This document shows positions 33,711 through 45,765 of a DNA stretch of 64,000 bases, in pieces. Numbering within the stretch: position 1 is the first letter of the stretch; every line of letters starts with the position of its first letter. Both the position numbers and the translations under genes were made by a program. Source of the stretch: Tetramitus jugosus (Eukaryota; Protista; Heterolobosea); the NCBI GenBank assembly GCA_937625935.1, contig OW569350.1:248001-312000 (forward strand), written 5' to 3'. Below the pieces are notes generated by a model. That model was not told the DNA's origin. It ran no database searches and worked only from the letters and a program-made list of their open reading frames with translations.

Positions 33711-34990
33711 TCATTTTGTCGGCCACAGATTGATCTTGGGGAGCGATATACCGAGTCCAAAGGACAGGAACAACTTTAACCCAACAAACAGACCAATGGC
33801 CAAGAACAAAACGACAAGCAGCAGGACACACAGTGAGCCTCGAGACATTTTTTGATACTTTTCTGCTGTTTTCAGCTCTTCATTTGCTTGTTCCACAAAT
33901 GAGTGTGCTGTTTCTATATTGTAGTCAATGCGGTCCAGCAGTGTTCCCTGTTCTACGACCAGCGTCGAAAATTCCTTGAACAGTTCATTCAATTCGACAA
34001 TCGATGTAAGAATCTGCCTCAGTTCCTTGTCTCTCCTCATGATCGATTCTTCGTTTTGTATCATTTGACGGATTTGTTCATCGGTGAACCCTGGATCCGC
34101 TTCCAATTTTTGTTGCATGTCCATGAGCTTCCTGCGCTCCTCTGGTTCCATATCATTGTAGTCATCATCGTATTGAACCTTGTTCGCTCTCTGATTCGCC
34201 TTAAATCGCTCCATATTCTTCAAATATTCTTGTTGTTCGTTTCTGAATTCGATACTGAGGTCGTTCAGTTCGTTGATGAGCGAAACTTTTAAATTTCGCT
34301 TCATGATATCCTCTTGTGATGTTGGTTCCTTTGATGTATCGATAAACTCTACTGCTTTTTTGCTTTCCAGAAAGAGCTGTATCGCAAGAAAAGTACATGT
34401 GTGTCAGAACATGGAACAACAGTGGTGGGTTGATTTGAAAAAACACACACGATTGAACATACTCTTTTCACTTCGTCTGTTTGTATTCCGACATCCATTT
34501 CTTCTTTTTGGAAATCCTTCTTTAAACTAAACGTTGCATGCTTTTGTTGTAATTTTTTTAATACCTCCACTGCAATTATATACATCACGCAACACATAGA
34601 CACAGAGATAACAAAACAATAAATGTGTGAGAAGCAAGGGAACGCGCATACAGAGACACACAACAAAAACTCAAAACATCAAATTGATCGAGCGGCCGAT
34701 GTTTTGAGCTTCAGATCGTACTGCTACATACACCCATTTTTGATGTTGGACATGTTTTCTTGTACTCCCTTCAATATTCGTACCCATTGTGGTTGTTTCT
34801 CCCATTGTTGATCGTCTCCTAGTTCGGGATCTTCGGTTGCTGCATGTGAGGATGATGAATGTATATAGTTGAGCTCAATTGTGTCATCATCCAATTTTTT
34901 GCCCTTGCTACTGCTTGTTTTTGTCAATGGTTTATTGAGTTTTGCATTTCGAAGATTGATGAAATCGTTTGTGAGGTCTCTAGTTGCCAT
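33711..34990 (-). CDS. STX16: Syntaxin-16/Tlg2-like Qa-SNARE, 2 introns (~34590-34730, ~34377-34460)
   Basis: N-peptide MATRDLTNDFINLR; PQWV; SNARE motif LVVEQGTLLDRIDYNIE; C-terminal TM helix. Confidence 0.92.
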
Positions 34991-35625
34991 TTTGTTTGTT
35001 GTCGTATTTGTTGTTGTATGAACTACTACCTACTACTACTACTACTATTTATGATGAATGAATATTATTAGTTTATGATGATGGGTGTGATAAAGTAGTA
35101 TATCTTGTGATTCTTTGTGCTCTGTGTTTGTTTGATAGGAACTGGGAAAGGAGGTAGACAGTTGTTGTTTGGATGATGTTGTGTCGGATGGCGTGTTCGT
35201 GTTGGTTGTTTGCTGCTGAGCCAATTTGGCGACGAACAATCCAAGGGAAAGGAATCTTGGCTAAAAAACCGCGAAACCAGAAAATCTCAAAAGAGCGGAC
35301 TTTTGGGAGCGTCACTTGACAAAATATGTGAACTGGTCAACCAAAAGAAACAAAATGTACATTGAAATATCTATATGTTGTTCTCAGATAAATGATCCAA
35401 TAAATACCATTAGTAGTTGAACTATGACTTGGTAAGTTCTAATTGGACCAATTACCATATTCTTCACTCCAATCCATGTTTCTGTGGTGTTAGTCACGTA
35501 CAAATAAATCATTGTTATGGGAGATGCGTCAGATCGACAAGATATAAGAGTGTTGCTTCAAACAACTATTTTTCAAACCAAAGTAATCCTATATTACTTG
35601 TATACGCACACAGTAAGCAAATCTA

Positions 35626-36545
35626 TTGAGCAATGTTTATGAGAAATTGAGTGGTGATATTGGCACGACAACAAATCCCGAGTACAAAACTCGAAAGGGT
35701 GAAACCATGAAAGCTGTAGCATGGTTTGGTGATAAGGATGTTCGTGTGATTGATACACCTGCACCTGCTGTTACTGAACCTCAAGATGCAATCGTGGGAG
35801 TAACAGGTACAACTGTCTGCGGATCTGATCTCCACTTGTATCACAAGGAATTTTTGAGATGAGATCTGGAGATATTCTCGGTCATGAATTTTGTGGTATA
35901 GTGGACAAGCAGAGTATGTTCGTGTTCCATTCGGTGATGTCAACTTACTACCTTTGCCAGATGATGTTCCAGATGAGAAGGGTCTCTATCTCAGTGATGT
36001 GCTCTGTACCAGTTATCATGCATGTGTAGAAGCAAATTTTGAGAAGGGTAATGTTGTGGGAATCTGGGGATGCTGGACCAATTGGTTTGTTATGCTGTGC
36101 ATGGGCCAAAATCATGGGTGCTTCACGAGTCATCCTCATTGATAATGTACCAGATCGTTTGAAACGTGCTGAAGATTTTCTCGGTGTTGAAACTCTCAAT
36201 TTTGATGAACAAGATCCAGTTAAAACTATTCAAGAAATTTGTCCAGGTGGAATCGACAGAGCCATCGATTGTGCAGGTTTTCGATACACTAAAACTCTCT
36301 TGCACAAGATAGAGAGAGCAGTAGGATTGGAGACTGATTCGAGTGAAGTACTGAATGAAATGATCAAATTGGTTAAAAAATTTGGAACAATCAGTACTGA
36401 TTGCAGACTATGCTGCTTACTCCAACCATGTCAATGTTGGTGGTATCATGGAAAAGGGTATTCGCTTCATTGGTGGTGGTCAAGCTCCAGTTCAAAAGTA
36501 TTGGAAACATATTCTCTTAAAGTATATTCAAACTGGCAAGTTGGA
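35626..36545 (+). pseudogene. Zn-dependent alcohol/formaldehyde dehydrogenase (MDR family) pseudogene
   Basis: TTVCGSDLHLY, GHEF, GQAEYVRVPFGD, LSDVLCTSYHA, AGPIG; start codon lost, several frameshifts and an internal deletion after GHEF. Confidence 0.85.
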
Positions 36546-37493
36546 TACTGCCTTCAAATAAACAAGACATTCAATCTTGATTGTCAATGTTGAAACAGTG
36601 ATTCCAACAAAAACCTTTCCCAACACAGAAAACGATTTCATACCATCGCAAAACAGGAAGGCCATTGAACCAAATTCTCTGATTGTAACCTTGGTTGGTG
36701 TTTGGAAGTTTATTATCTTCCATGAATTGTGTAGAACGGAGATTGGGAAATATTAGAGCTGAGCTAATTTCGCAGTCATTTTGCAAGAAAACAAACGACG
36801 ATGGAGTACCTAAAACACAGCTTTTCGGATTATTTTGCAACAATCTCTAATGATGTTAAAATCAATGTTCTTTGTAATGCTCTTGTGTTCCCAAGAACTA
36901 GTAGTCTGCAGGACAAAGCTGTGAGCACATATCAAATAGATGAAACCGACTTGTTATAGACTGATAGAGGCTTGGAGATTAATTGGGGTGAAGTGAAAAG
37001 AAAAGTAGCGATGGATGCTGAGCTTATTGGTATTGATGCTGTCAACGATCTGACATGCATTCTGAATTTATTGCAGGAGGTGGAACCGACTTTGAAGTTA
37101 GCAGTCTTTGATGGTTTTGTAATCTACAGAGGAGGTATAGATATGTTACGAATTCAGATTGGTGATAGAAATGATTCAAGAAGTGCTTATGTGAGATCAA
37201 TGATTACCGTAGACAAATTAATACATTCTTCGTTAAACAAGAGCAACAATCAACTCAACAATTCAGGGACTGGATGATGGTACTGATATTCCTAGGTATG
37301 ATACACACTTGTGTATCTGGATATTCTTATATCAAGTAGACTTATAATAAAGGTTAAACGACAGTACCCTTGGCATACTCCTACCACTCGCAGACGATAA
37401 CATCAATACCACATCTTCTACCAACAACACATGAACTAGTTTTAATAGTAATATTATTGCAAATCATAAACTCAGCAGACAACCAAAAACAAA

Positions 37494-37901
37494 TGAACAC
37501 ATCTAATGATTTACAAGACAGATAAGAAAGCCCCCTTCTTTGTGATTGACGCCAGTGGTAGAATTGGTGAATATGGAAGACATGGAGCAGAAGGCAGAAG
37601 AGGTGAAAAAGGGGACGATGGAGCAAATGGTCCCAATGGATCTCGTGCTGGAGACGATGGAAAAGATGACAGGAATGGCAAAGATGGTCAAGATGGCAGA
37701 AGAAGATCATATGGCAAGAATGGTCGAGATGGCGGTAATGCAAGAAATATGCATTTGAGATTGGCCATGAACTCTCCTCAACAATTGTCCTTCACTGGGA
37801 GTTACAATGGAACACTTGAAATGAGTCACATGATGTCAGATAGCTGCATATTATTGAATTCAAAGGGAGGTAAAGTGTGGTCGTTGTGGCATTTCAGGTG
37901 A
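37494..37901 (+). pseudogene. Fragment of a Gly-X-X (collagen-like) repeat protein
   Basis: IDASGRIGEYGRHGAEGRRGEKGDDGANGPNG..GRDGGNA; truncated at ~37900. Confidence 0.55.
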
Positions 37902-39759
37902 GAATGGGTCTGTATGGTATGTAATCCTTGATCCAGTCACAAATCAACCTCTAGAACAATCTTATGCAAAGTTCAATCGCTCTCTTTCCTCATACACGGT
38001 CAAAGGAGTGGAAATATGGTAGCACTTCAAATAATTCAACATTAGTATCCCCTGTCACTTCCATATTAAATAAAATGATTCACCAGTGCAAGTAAGTCAA
38101 TCCTGTCTGTGGACCAACTTCTTGTGATCTGGTGACAATTAATCCTCTGTCTGTATTGATTTTCGACAAGCACATCGAAATTGGTGAAAAGAGATCGAGA
38201 ATCACTCCAAGCTATGTTCCAGTGCATTCCTCAAATCAACATTTGTTTGATGTTTTACTTGTTTCCAACAAACATATTGTCAAACAAGAAGACTTTGAAC
38301 TCAGAATATTCGAGAGATAGGGTCTTAGATCTAATTTTTGGGTTTGTGAGCAATAAAACAGGTTCAGCATTGATCAGTCCACAGGCAATAGTCATCCAGT
38401 GTATTGGAAGAACGAATACAATGGAAAAGTAATTGTCATGCTTCTTTCTCGTCCTGATGAATTGATGCAACTGCTGACACCGAGTGATTTCATGAGTTTT
38501 TTCATTGGAGACAACCTTGAAGCACCAACTGTGCTGGTAGTGGCCTCGTAGTAATCATCCCTATTTATCCCACAGTTGTATGAATCAATATCAGAGAAGC
38601 CAGTTGACCTCAAACACTTGTCCAGAGACTTTTTGAGCGCACCATCTCGTGTATCATATGGTGCCAACAAGAGGAGCCAAGATACTGCAGCTCTTTTTTC
38701 TTTGGCGAAATCTGAGTACAATCCCGTTCAATTGGACAGTTTATTGGGTACAAGATGGCAACTTGGAACTGCCAGTGTCAAAGAAATACCGATCGATTGT
38801 ACACAAGTTCTATAACATTCCCAAACACGATCCTCAAGAAGAACACTTATCAAATGATAATTTTAATGCACATGATGAGCCAATTACCACTAACATCCAG
38901 ATTTGGAGCCACATTGTATGCTATGATTTGTTCTCTGAGTATTCCCAAACTTAAGCTCATTCATTCTGGAGACGGTTTGGCAAAGGCAGAGAACTGGACC
39001 TTCTCTAGTATCAACAGGGAGTTCTCCATTTTATTGTTGTTTATGCACAAAACAAGGATCTTCAAATTCAACTGATTCACAGATTTATCAAGAGACAGAC
39101 TCGAATTGAAACACTCATATCACAACTGAGTTCTAATCCTGCCTATTTGACTCCTGAAATGGCTACCATTGTTAAGACTTGAAAAAGACACTCAGGTTGA
39201 ATCAGTCAACATCTTCAGCAACATGTTCCATGCAGTGCCATACTATAATACAAAGAGAACGATGTTGGAGTGCTTATTCTCGTAGTCTTTGGGATCCTCT
39301 CCAGTTCAAAGTATCGTACAGAAGGCCAAAGAAGCTGAAAAATCTCTTAGCGAATTTGCCAACTATGACTTGGAACGTCCTCTTTTGTTGAATGACCAGA
39401 GAAAAGCAGAAATTTCAGTTCCTTTCGCTGGGCAAATCTGGACTGTATGTGATGGAATCATCAACTTATTTTCTTGTCTCCGAGCAGAGGAGTATAGGTG
39501 AGTTGTTATCTATACAACTCAACTAGAATATCTCAAATAACGTAAAAGCAACAGAGATGACTTTTCTCATTTCGTCCATTGGTCCACCGGAAAAGCGAAA
39601 CGATCATGATTCTTCAAGTTTCAACGTTTCTGGAATTGAATTTATAAGAAGAAAGGAGAGGTTTTATTTCTTGATAGGCAGACGAACTAATTTGAGTGCA
39701 AGTTCTTGTCTCTCAATCCATGCTTTACAACAGCATTCCTCGCCTCGATTATAGCTTCT

Positions 39760-40770
39760 TAACCGTGAGTACCGTCATCAAACATCTTGTACATTCCTCC
39801 AGTGGCATCAGCGATACCTCTCATAAAGATGGTGGCATTCTTCTTCTGAGCTGCAGTTTCACTCTCCTTGTTTTTTGCCAAGTAGTGGCCAAGGGTGAAA
39901 GCGACAGTGTTGATAACAACTGGTGTTTGTCTTTGTTTGTTCTATTGAGCAATTTCAGCCTTCATTCTGGCCAAATCAGTAATTCCACCATTTGGTTGAC
40001 CATCACTCAACAAGTAGATTGCCTTTAAGTTGGCAGTTCCATTTTGGAAAGCAGTTTTGAGAGCATCACTAATGTTGGTACCAGTCCATCTAGTTTCAAG
40101 AGCCTTGACATAAGCAAGAGCCTTTTCAACGTTTTCTGGTGTGGCTTGAACTGGAGCATTGACCCAAATCTTAACGTCAACAGAGAAGCGATAGATGTTA
40201 AACAATTGGTTTGGTTGCAATCCAGCAATCAAAGAAACGAGTTGTTCCTTCACAATGGCGATTCTATCAAGTTGAGTTCCATACTTCCAGAAACATCAAT
40301 GACGATGGCGACTTCAGGTTCATCAACAGATCCGAAGATGCAGTTTCTTCCCTTGGCATTCAACAAAATTTGCTCGGCTTGTGCCTTGTCAGCTGGAGAG
40401 GTGAACAAATCAATCAGGGCTTGCTTGTTATCAACAAGTTCATAAATAGTGTTCTTCAATGATTCCAACAACTTCAACTTTTCAGAAGAAGAAGCCAACT
40501 TGGACAACAATTGGACTGCTTCAGAGATGTAGATACCAGAGATCTTTGGTCTCAACATGTCAATGACAGCAGATTGAACAAAGACAAACTCAGAGAATTG
40601 AGGAATGATCTTCAACTCAAAGAATCAAGGTTGATGAAGTTGTTCAATGCTCTCAATTGACCATCCAAGCACTTTTCAGTTTGGATAGAAGCAATCAACT
40701 GGTTGATATCTTCATCAGTCTTGGTGTCCTTTTGAGGAGGGCGCCAGTTGTCAGTGAAAACTAATGATCC
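39760..40770 (-). pseudogene. VWA-domain protein pseudogene (5'-truncated)
   Basis: VAIVIDVSGSM (MIDAS), GTNISDALKTAF, IYLLSDGQP, INTVAF, IADATGGMY split over several frames. Confidence 0.8.
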
Positions 40771-40777
40771 TCAATTC

Positions 40778-40975
40778 TCAATGGTTCCTGCTCTGCTTGT
40801 CCCAAAGCCTACTATATTCACCTCTTAGCTCGAACAACTCCTCATGAGTACCTCGCTCTACGATCACACCATCATTTAAGACAATAATCCCATCCGAGTC
40901 CACAATTGTACTCAGCCTGTGAGCGAAAACAATCGTTGTTGTCTTTCCTTTGAATGCCTCGCGTAACTTGTGTTG
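40778..40975 (-). pseudogene. C-terminal fragment of an ABCB/ATM1-type ABC transporter
   Basis: TTIVFAHRLSTIVDSDGIIVLNDGVIVERGTHEEL..GEYSRLW (H-loop region) with no Walker A/B or TM domain upstream. Confidence 0.8.
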
Positions 40976-41192
40976 AATTAGAAGCAGATTTTTGCTGAAA
41001 AGTAAGACCTTCAGACTGTTGCGAAGGCTCAGGGGACAGACTTTTTCCGGAGTACTATCGGAGGGACAGGAAGTTTTTCTGCTCGGGGAAAAGGAATTGA
41101 ATCGAACTGTAAAACAGCCGTTGAGCAAATTTTCCGATGGCCGATAAAAGCGCTGAGAAGTTACGATTTTTCCAAGACACACAAGCAACAAA

Positions 41193-42467
41193 ATGAGAAA
41201 CACTAGAGAGGTTTTGGAAATTGTGTGTGGAAACGTACAAAGAAAAGAAAACATTGTTCTATCTAGTGAAGTTCCTCCTTCAGAGTTGGAGAACATCTGC
41301 CATGATGTTTTCTTGATCACAGACGATTTTGTCGATGATCTATCAAGGGCTCAAATATCAACATATGCCAAAAAAGCAGTGATGGAAAATGAGGCAGCTC
41401 TATTGATTGCTCAGAAAGCAGTTCTCCGGGTTTACGACTACAAAATGCGTCTGTACAGTGGCACAGCGTTCTTCCTTGCACCAGGAATTATTGCAACCAA
41501 TTGGCACGTTGTCTCAAAAGGAGAAACTCCATTATACTTCTCAAATAACTCTTTTCTACCATACCATAACTTTTTCGGTTTAATTAAGAGGGGGCTAACA
41601 GATGATAACCTGTGCAAAGAAAAAAAGGTAATAGTTTCTGGTTCCACCATCGCTAACGACCATCAGGTGGAAGAAGTAATATCTGGAAAACCTCGAGTTG
41701 ATCCTATTCTCGGTCTAACCGGTGATTTCGACCTTTTTGACTTCGCGTTAATTAATGTCGATCATCCGAAAATGCCAAAGGTGTTGCTCATCCCTTCTCC
41801 ACAAGTCGTACAACCTGATAGTAGGATTGCTACTGTAAACTATCCTGGATCAGAAGAGTTAAATGCCACACTCCTGGAAAAAAGTACTCGAGCAGATTAC
41901 TATAAGTTCTTGCCTTCTTTCTCATACTTGGAGAGAATATTTCATAAATTTGGCAGAAAATGTGTTAGCTTTGGTAAGACTTTAAGACCATATGGCCCGA
42001 TAGGCAATCAGTGGAGAGAGCTCTCAAACTACACTGCTGATTTGAACCAGTACGCCATCGTCAGTGATGAAACTGTGATGTTTGGAAGTTCAGGGGCACC
42101 AGTCATTTCACTTGAAAACTGCAAAAGCCACACAGTCTTGGATAAAGAGGGACAAGAGTGGGCTCTTGTTGAATTTGTTGGTATCCACGCTGGAGGCGAA
42201 TACATCAACTGTCTTGATTGTTTTTGTCAAACCTCTCGATTCCAAGAATTGGATGGTAATTTTAAGTGGGCAGAATGTACAGAATGCCAACAAGATCCCT
42301 CAAGAAAGAAAACCCATCTAACCTATAATCACAGTATTTCTGTTCATCACCCAGATTTTGTCAAGTACTACAAACGTTTTGTCGTTCCTGCCCTGCAGCA
42401 ATTGTTTGCAGGAACACCAAGTTGTATTGAAGACTATCTCAACCTCCATAAAGCCACAGCATTCTAA
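41193..42467 (+). CDS. Trypsin-like serine protease (no signal peptide)
   Basis: GTAFF..IATNWHVV (His), FDFALI (Asp), GSSGAPV (Ser), VGIHAGG; CxxC..CxxC near the C-terminus. Confidence 0.8.
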   Translation: MRNTREVLEIVCGNVQRKENIVLSSEVPPSELENICHDVFLITDDFVDDLSRAQISTYAKKAVMENEAALLIAQKAVLRVYDYKMRLYSGTAFFLAPGIIATNWHVVSKGETPLYFSNNSFLPYHNFFGLIKRGLTDDNLCKEKKVIVSGSTIANDHQVEEVISGKPRVDPILGLTGDFDLFDFALINVDHPKMPKVLLIPSPQVVQPDSRIATVNYPGSEELNATLLEKSTRADYYKFLPSFSYLERIFHKFGRKCVSFGKTLRPYGPIGNQWRELSNYTADLNQYAIVSDETVMFGSSGAPVISLENCKSHTVLDKEGQEWALVEFVGIHAGGEYINCLDCFCQTSRFQELDGNFKWAECTECQQDPSRKKTHLTYNHSISVHHPDFVKYYKRFVVPALQQLFAGTPSCIEDYLNLHKATAF

Positions 42468-42508
42468 TTTGTGAGTGGAAAAAACCGTTGACATCACAAC
42501 AATAAAAG

Positions 42509-45500
42509 ATGATTGGGGGACGAACCAGGACCAATAGAGCCAACACCACGAATACTGCTGTGAGTGGGTCTCCAACCAACAACACCGATACTGCCTCATC
42601 ATCACTATCACCACCTTCATCATTCACTGAAAACACTCTGAGGAGACTCAAAGGACTCAATAAAAAGAATAACAGCAACAATGGCAACAATGACAATACT
42701 GCTAGTAGCGCATCGCAGAGTAATAGTAGCAATAATCGATTGAGTGCTTTATAGCATGGAAAACCCTTGATGTTTCAAAGGTCAACAACTACAACCGCCA
42801 ATTCCACTACTGCTACTACTACTAACTCTACTCATCATCGTCAAGAAGAAGAATCAGCCATCATGTATGACGTTGACTCGAGTGATGAGATGAGAACAAT
42901 GTGGTTGAATATGAGGAAAATCAAGGAGGACTGATGATCAACACGAATAATGATGCTAATGCTCATAGTAGTAATAATCGTAATAGTAATAGTAATGATT
43001 CAATCATTGTACAACAGGCTCATGATGACAACGATACTGGTGGGTCAGATGTTGGCGATATTGTGGAAGAAAATCATCAAAGTACTACTGATGAAACACT
43101 ATTGAAAAACAGTAACAAGGATCATTCATCAAAGAAAAGTCCATCAACAAGAGAAAACAATAGGAGACACAAGAGAGAAGCGAGTCGATCATTCTCTACA
43201 GAGAATGAAGTATGGACAAACAATAGTCATGACCCAAATGACACTCATGACAATGATGATGACCAAACGAATGCAACCAACACAAGTCAGAAACATCAGG
43301 ATGATGAAGAGCAAGGAGATGACGAATGGAAACATATTCAAACAATATCTCAATTTTTTGCCAATACTTTGAGGAGTAAGAGTCTATTCAATATCCTAAT
43401 GATAAGAGTTCACTTTGCCACATTCTGATTCAATTTATTGATCATAACAATGAAAATATACGGAGGGAAAACTGAGGAATCATCAACACCATTGATTACT
43501 TTGAAGTATGACTTTTTAGATAGAGTCAATTACTGGTATCTGGAGTCTATGATAATTCAAAATTGCTTCGAATGGACACTGTTTTAAATGAGCAGGAACT
43601 CAAACAAAGAGAACACGGTGAGAAGAATCAAACATGTCCATTGCAATTTCATCATCTATCTGTACGCTATAGAGTCCAGTTGCCAAATTCATCAATCAGC
43701 ACCTCTGTGCAATTTGCTCAGTGGATTCGGTGATGAATATGTATTATTATCCTGTGTAATTCAAACTTATCATCAGGGAAAGCATTGAAGATGACCAACC
43801 TGTTGCTGATGAGTCAATTATTGAGAACAGCCATCACTCAGCATGATGCAATTACAATGAAGGCAATGATTCAATACGCCAATATTATCGAGAAACATAG
43901 CGCATCTAACAACAATAACTCTTTCAAGATTACGGATACTCAAGTAGCTATTAAGCAGACAGCACAGATCAGGAAAAGTTAAAGGAAGAATACTCGAAAG
44001 CACTACAAAATGCAAACATTGTTGTTGAAGCAATAGAGGTATGCTCAAAGGGTATTAGTCAGCTAAAGCTCGTTTATGAACCGCTAAAATCATTCCTGAA
44101 ACAATCTCTTGATCACAAGAATCAACTCATCAAGAGCAGAATTATTGGAGCACTTAAGAAAACTAATCACATCTGATGATGCAGATCAAAATGAAATTGA
44201 AACAGTATTCAAAGAAATATTTTCGTCCATGTCAAGCTCATCACATTCACCATCAGTACTACAGGTGAATGAGATCGAGCAGTACCAATCATTTAAAAAG
44301 ATGTACGAGCTCCATGTTCAAAGATGATGCATGTTAAAAAGATTAGAGGAGGCAAAACAAAATCATGATGCAGATCGTTTGTTGACCATTGTTGAGTGTG
44401 TAAAATATATGGATCAGAATATTAACAGTTTGTCACCAGCGAACTGGAAACAATCCGATCCTACTTCAAAAGACAATCAAACAGCTGTTCATTCGAGGAT
44501 GCAGTTTCCAACGTTCAAGAATTTTTACATCAGAAGCGTGTTTGTAACAATCTGTTTGATTCCATCGAAGAGGCGAAGAAGACCAGCAAAACTAGTGCTC
44601 TAGACTCTCTTTGTAAACACTATGCAGAGAAGTATCGTGACTGGATAACTAAAACGCCTGCTTATATAACAGCCATACAAATTATCAATATTATCAAGGA
44701 ATTCAGGGTAGAAATTATCAAAATGAAAAAGGCTGTCGATATGTTAAATATGAAACGAACGGAATTACTACAACTCTCATCAATTGACGACATATGGAGT
44801 CAATTAGAGAAGAGATCCGAGCGAGATTGTTACAAGTATTTGAATCGTATTCAATCATCTCAAGACATGAAGTTGCATCAAATTCAACTAGGTAAAAAGG
44901 ATGAGTACATCATTCTTAAGACTAATGAAGCATTGGAACAATGGAAACAAACATTAGATGAGTTTAGAGTACAAAAAGCTATTCACCTGTATAATGAGTT
45001 GAGCGCGCTTCAGTCCTCTGATGCATCTAAACAAGATGATGGTTATGAAAGTGAAGAATATGAAAGCGACGAACTCATATTGAATGAAGTTTCGAAGCAA
45101 TATGAAATTTACAACACTCTCCACAATGCCCTTCAATCAAAAGATATAAGAACTGTGAAAACATATGTCCTAGAAGCCAGCGGATATGAAGCATCAATGA
45201 ATGATATTTTGAATGATGCTAAACTCTTTTTGAACAAGAAGAAAATTGAGGAGATATCAACCAAACGCAATTTGGAAAAGGCAATGGCTTCCAATGATGT
45301 CTCTCGCATCATTGAGCTCATCAATCTCGCTGATGAATTTCCTTCACTAACTCCTATTGTTGCCAAAGCAAGAAGCCAGGCTGGGGGCAATAGAGATGAT
45401 GACACACACTCCAACATATCTTCTCCCGTTAGCACATCGAACCCATTCGAAACTGAAATTAACAAGTTCCTTTCCATGGAGGACGAAGAAGGTCTAAGCA

Positions 45501-45703
45501 CCTACATTGCGGACAATGAGGATACTATGCCATCGAAGGTGCTTAAACAAGCAAAAGCTGAACTCAACAAGATGAAACGTAAGAACGCATCGCAGAATAT
45601 CGATAATCGTCATCAATCTCTCACTGAGATGATAGAAAATGCAATCAAAACCAGTAATGTGAAACAGTTAATATTAGGTAATATATTACCTTCTCATTAT
45701 TAG
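42509..45703 (+). pseudogene. Large fragmented helical/low-complexity protein gene
   Basis: A chain of same-strand coding-like ORF pieces separated by stops and frameshifts without clear intron signals; family not recognised. Confidence 0.55.
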
Positions 45704-45765
45704 AGGTTGGGTTAGGTTTAACGCTTTTTCTATCTTGTAGGAGTGACACTGAGTGAATAGTAGAG

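Noticed and set aside
35626-45703. Alternative genetic code or programmed frameshifting as an explanation for the broken ORFs
   Set aside because: Flanking genes use the standard code with all three stops, and the fragments also show deletions and truncations.
45677-45720. 14-bp palindrome GGTAATATATTACC and a GGTTGGGTTAGG telomere-like stretch at a mosaic junction
   Set aside because: Single occurrence, could be an intron donor; no Helitron CTRR end or matching terminus identified.
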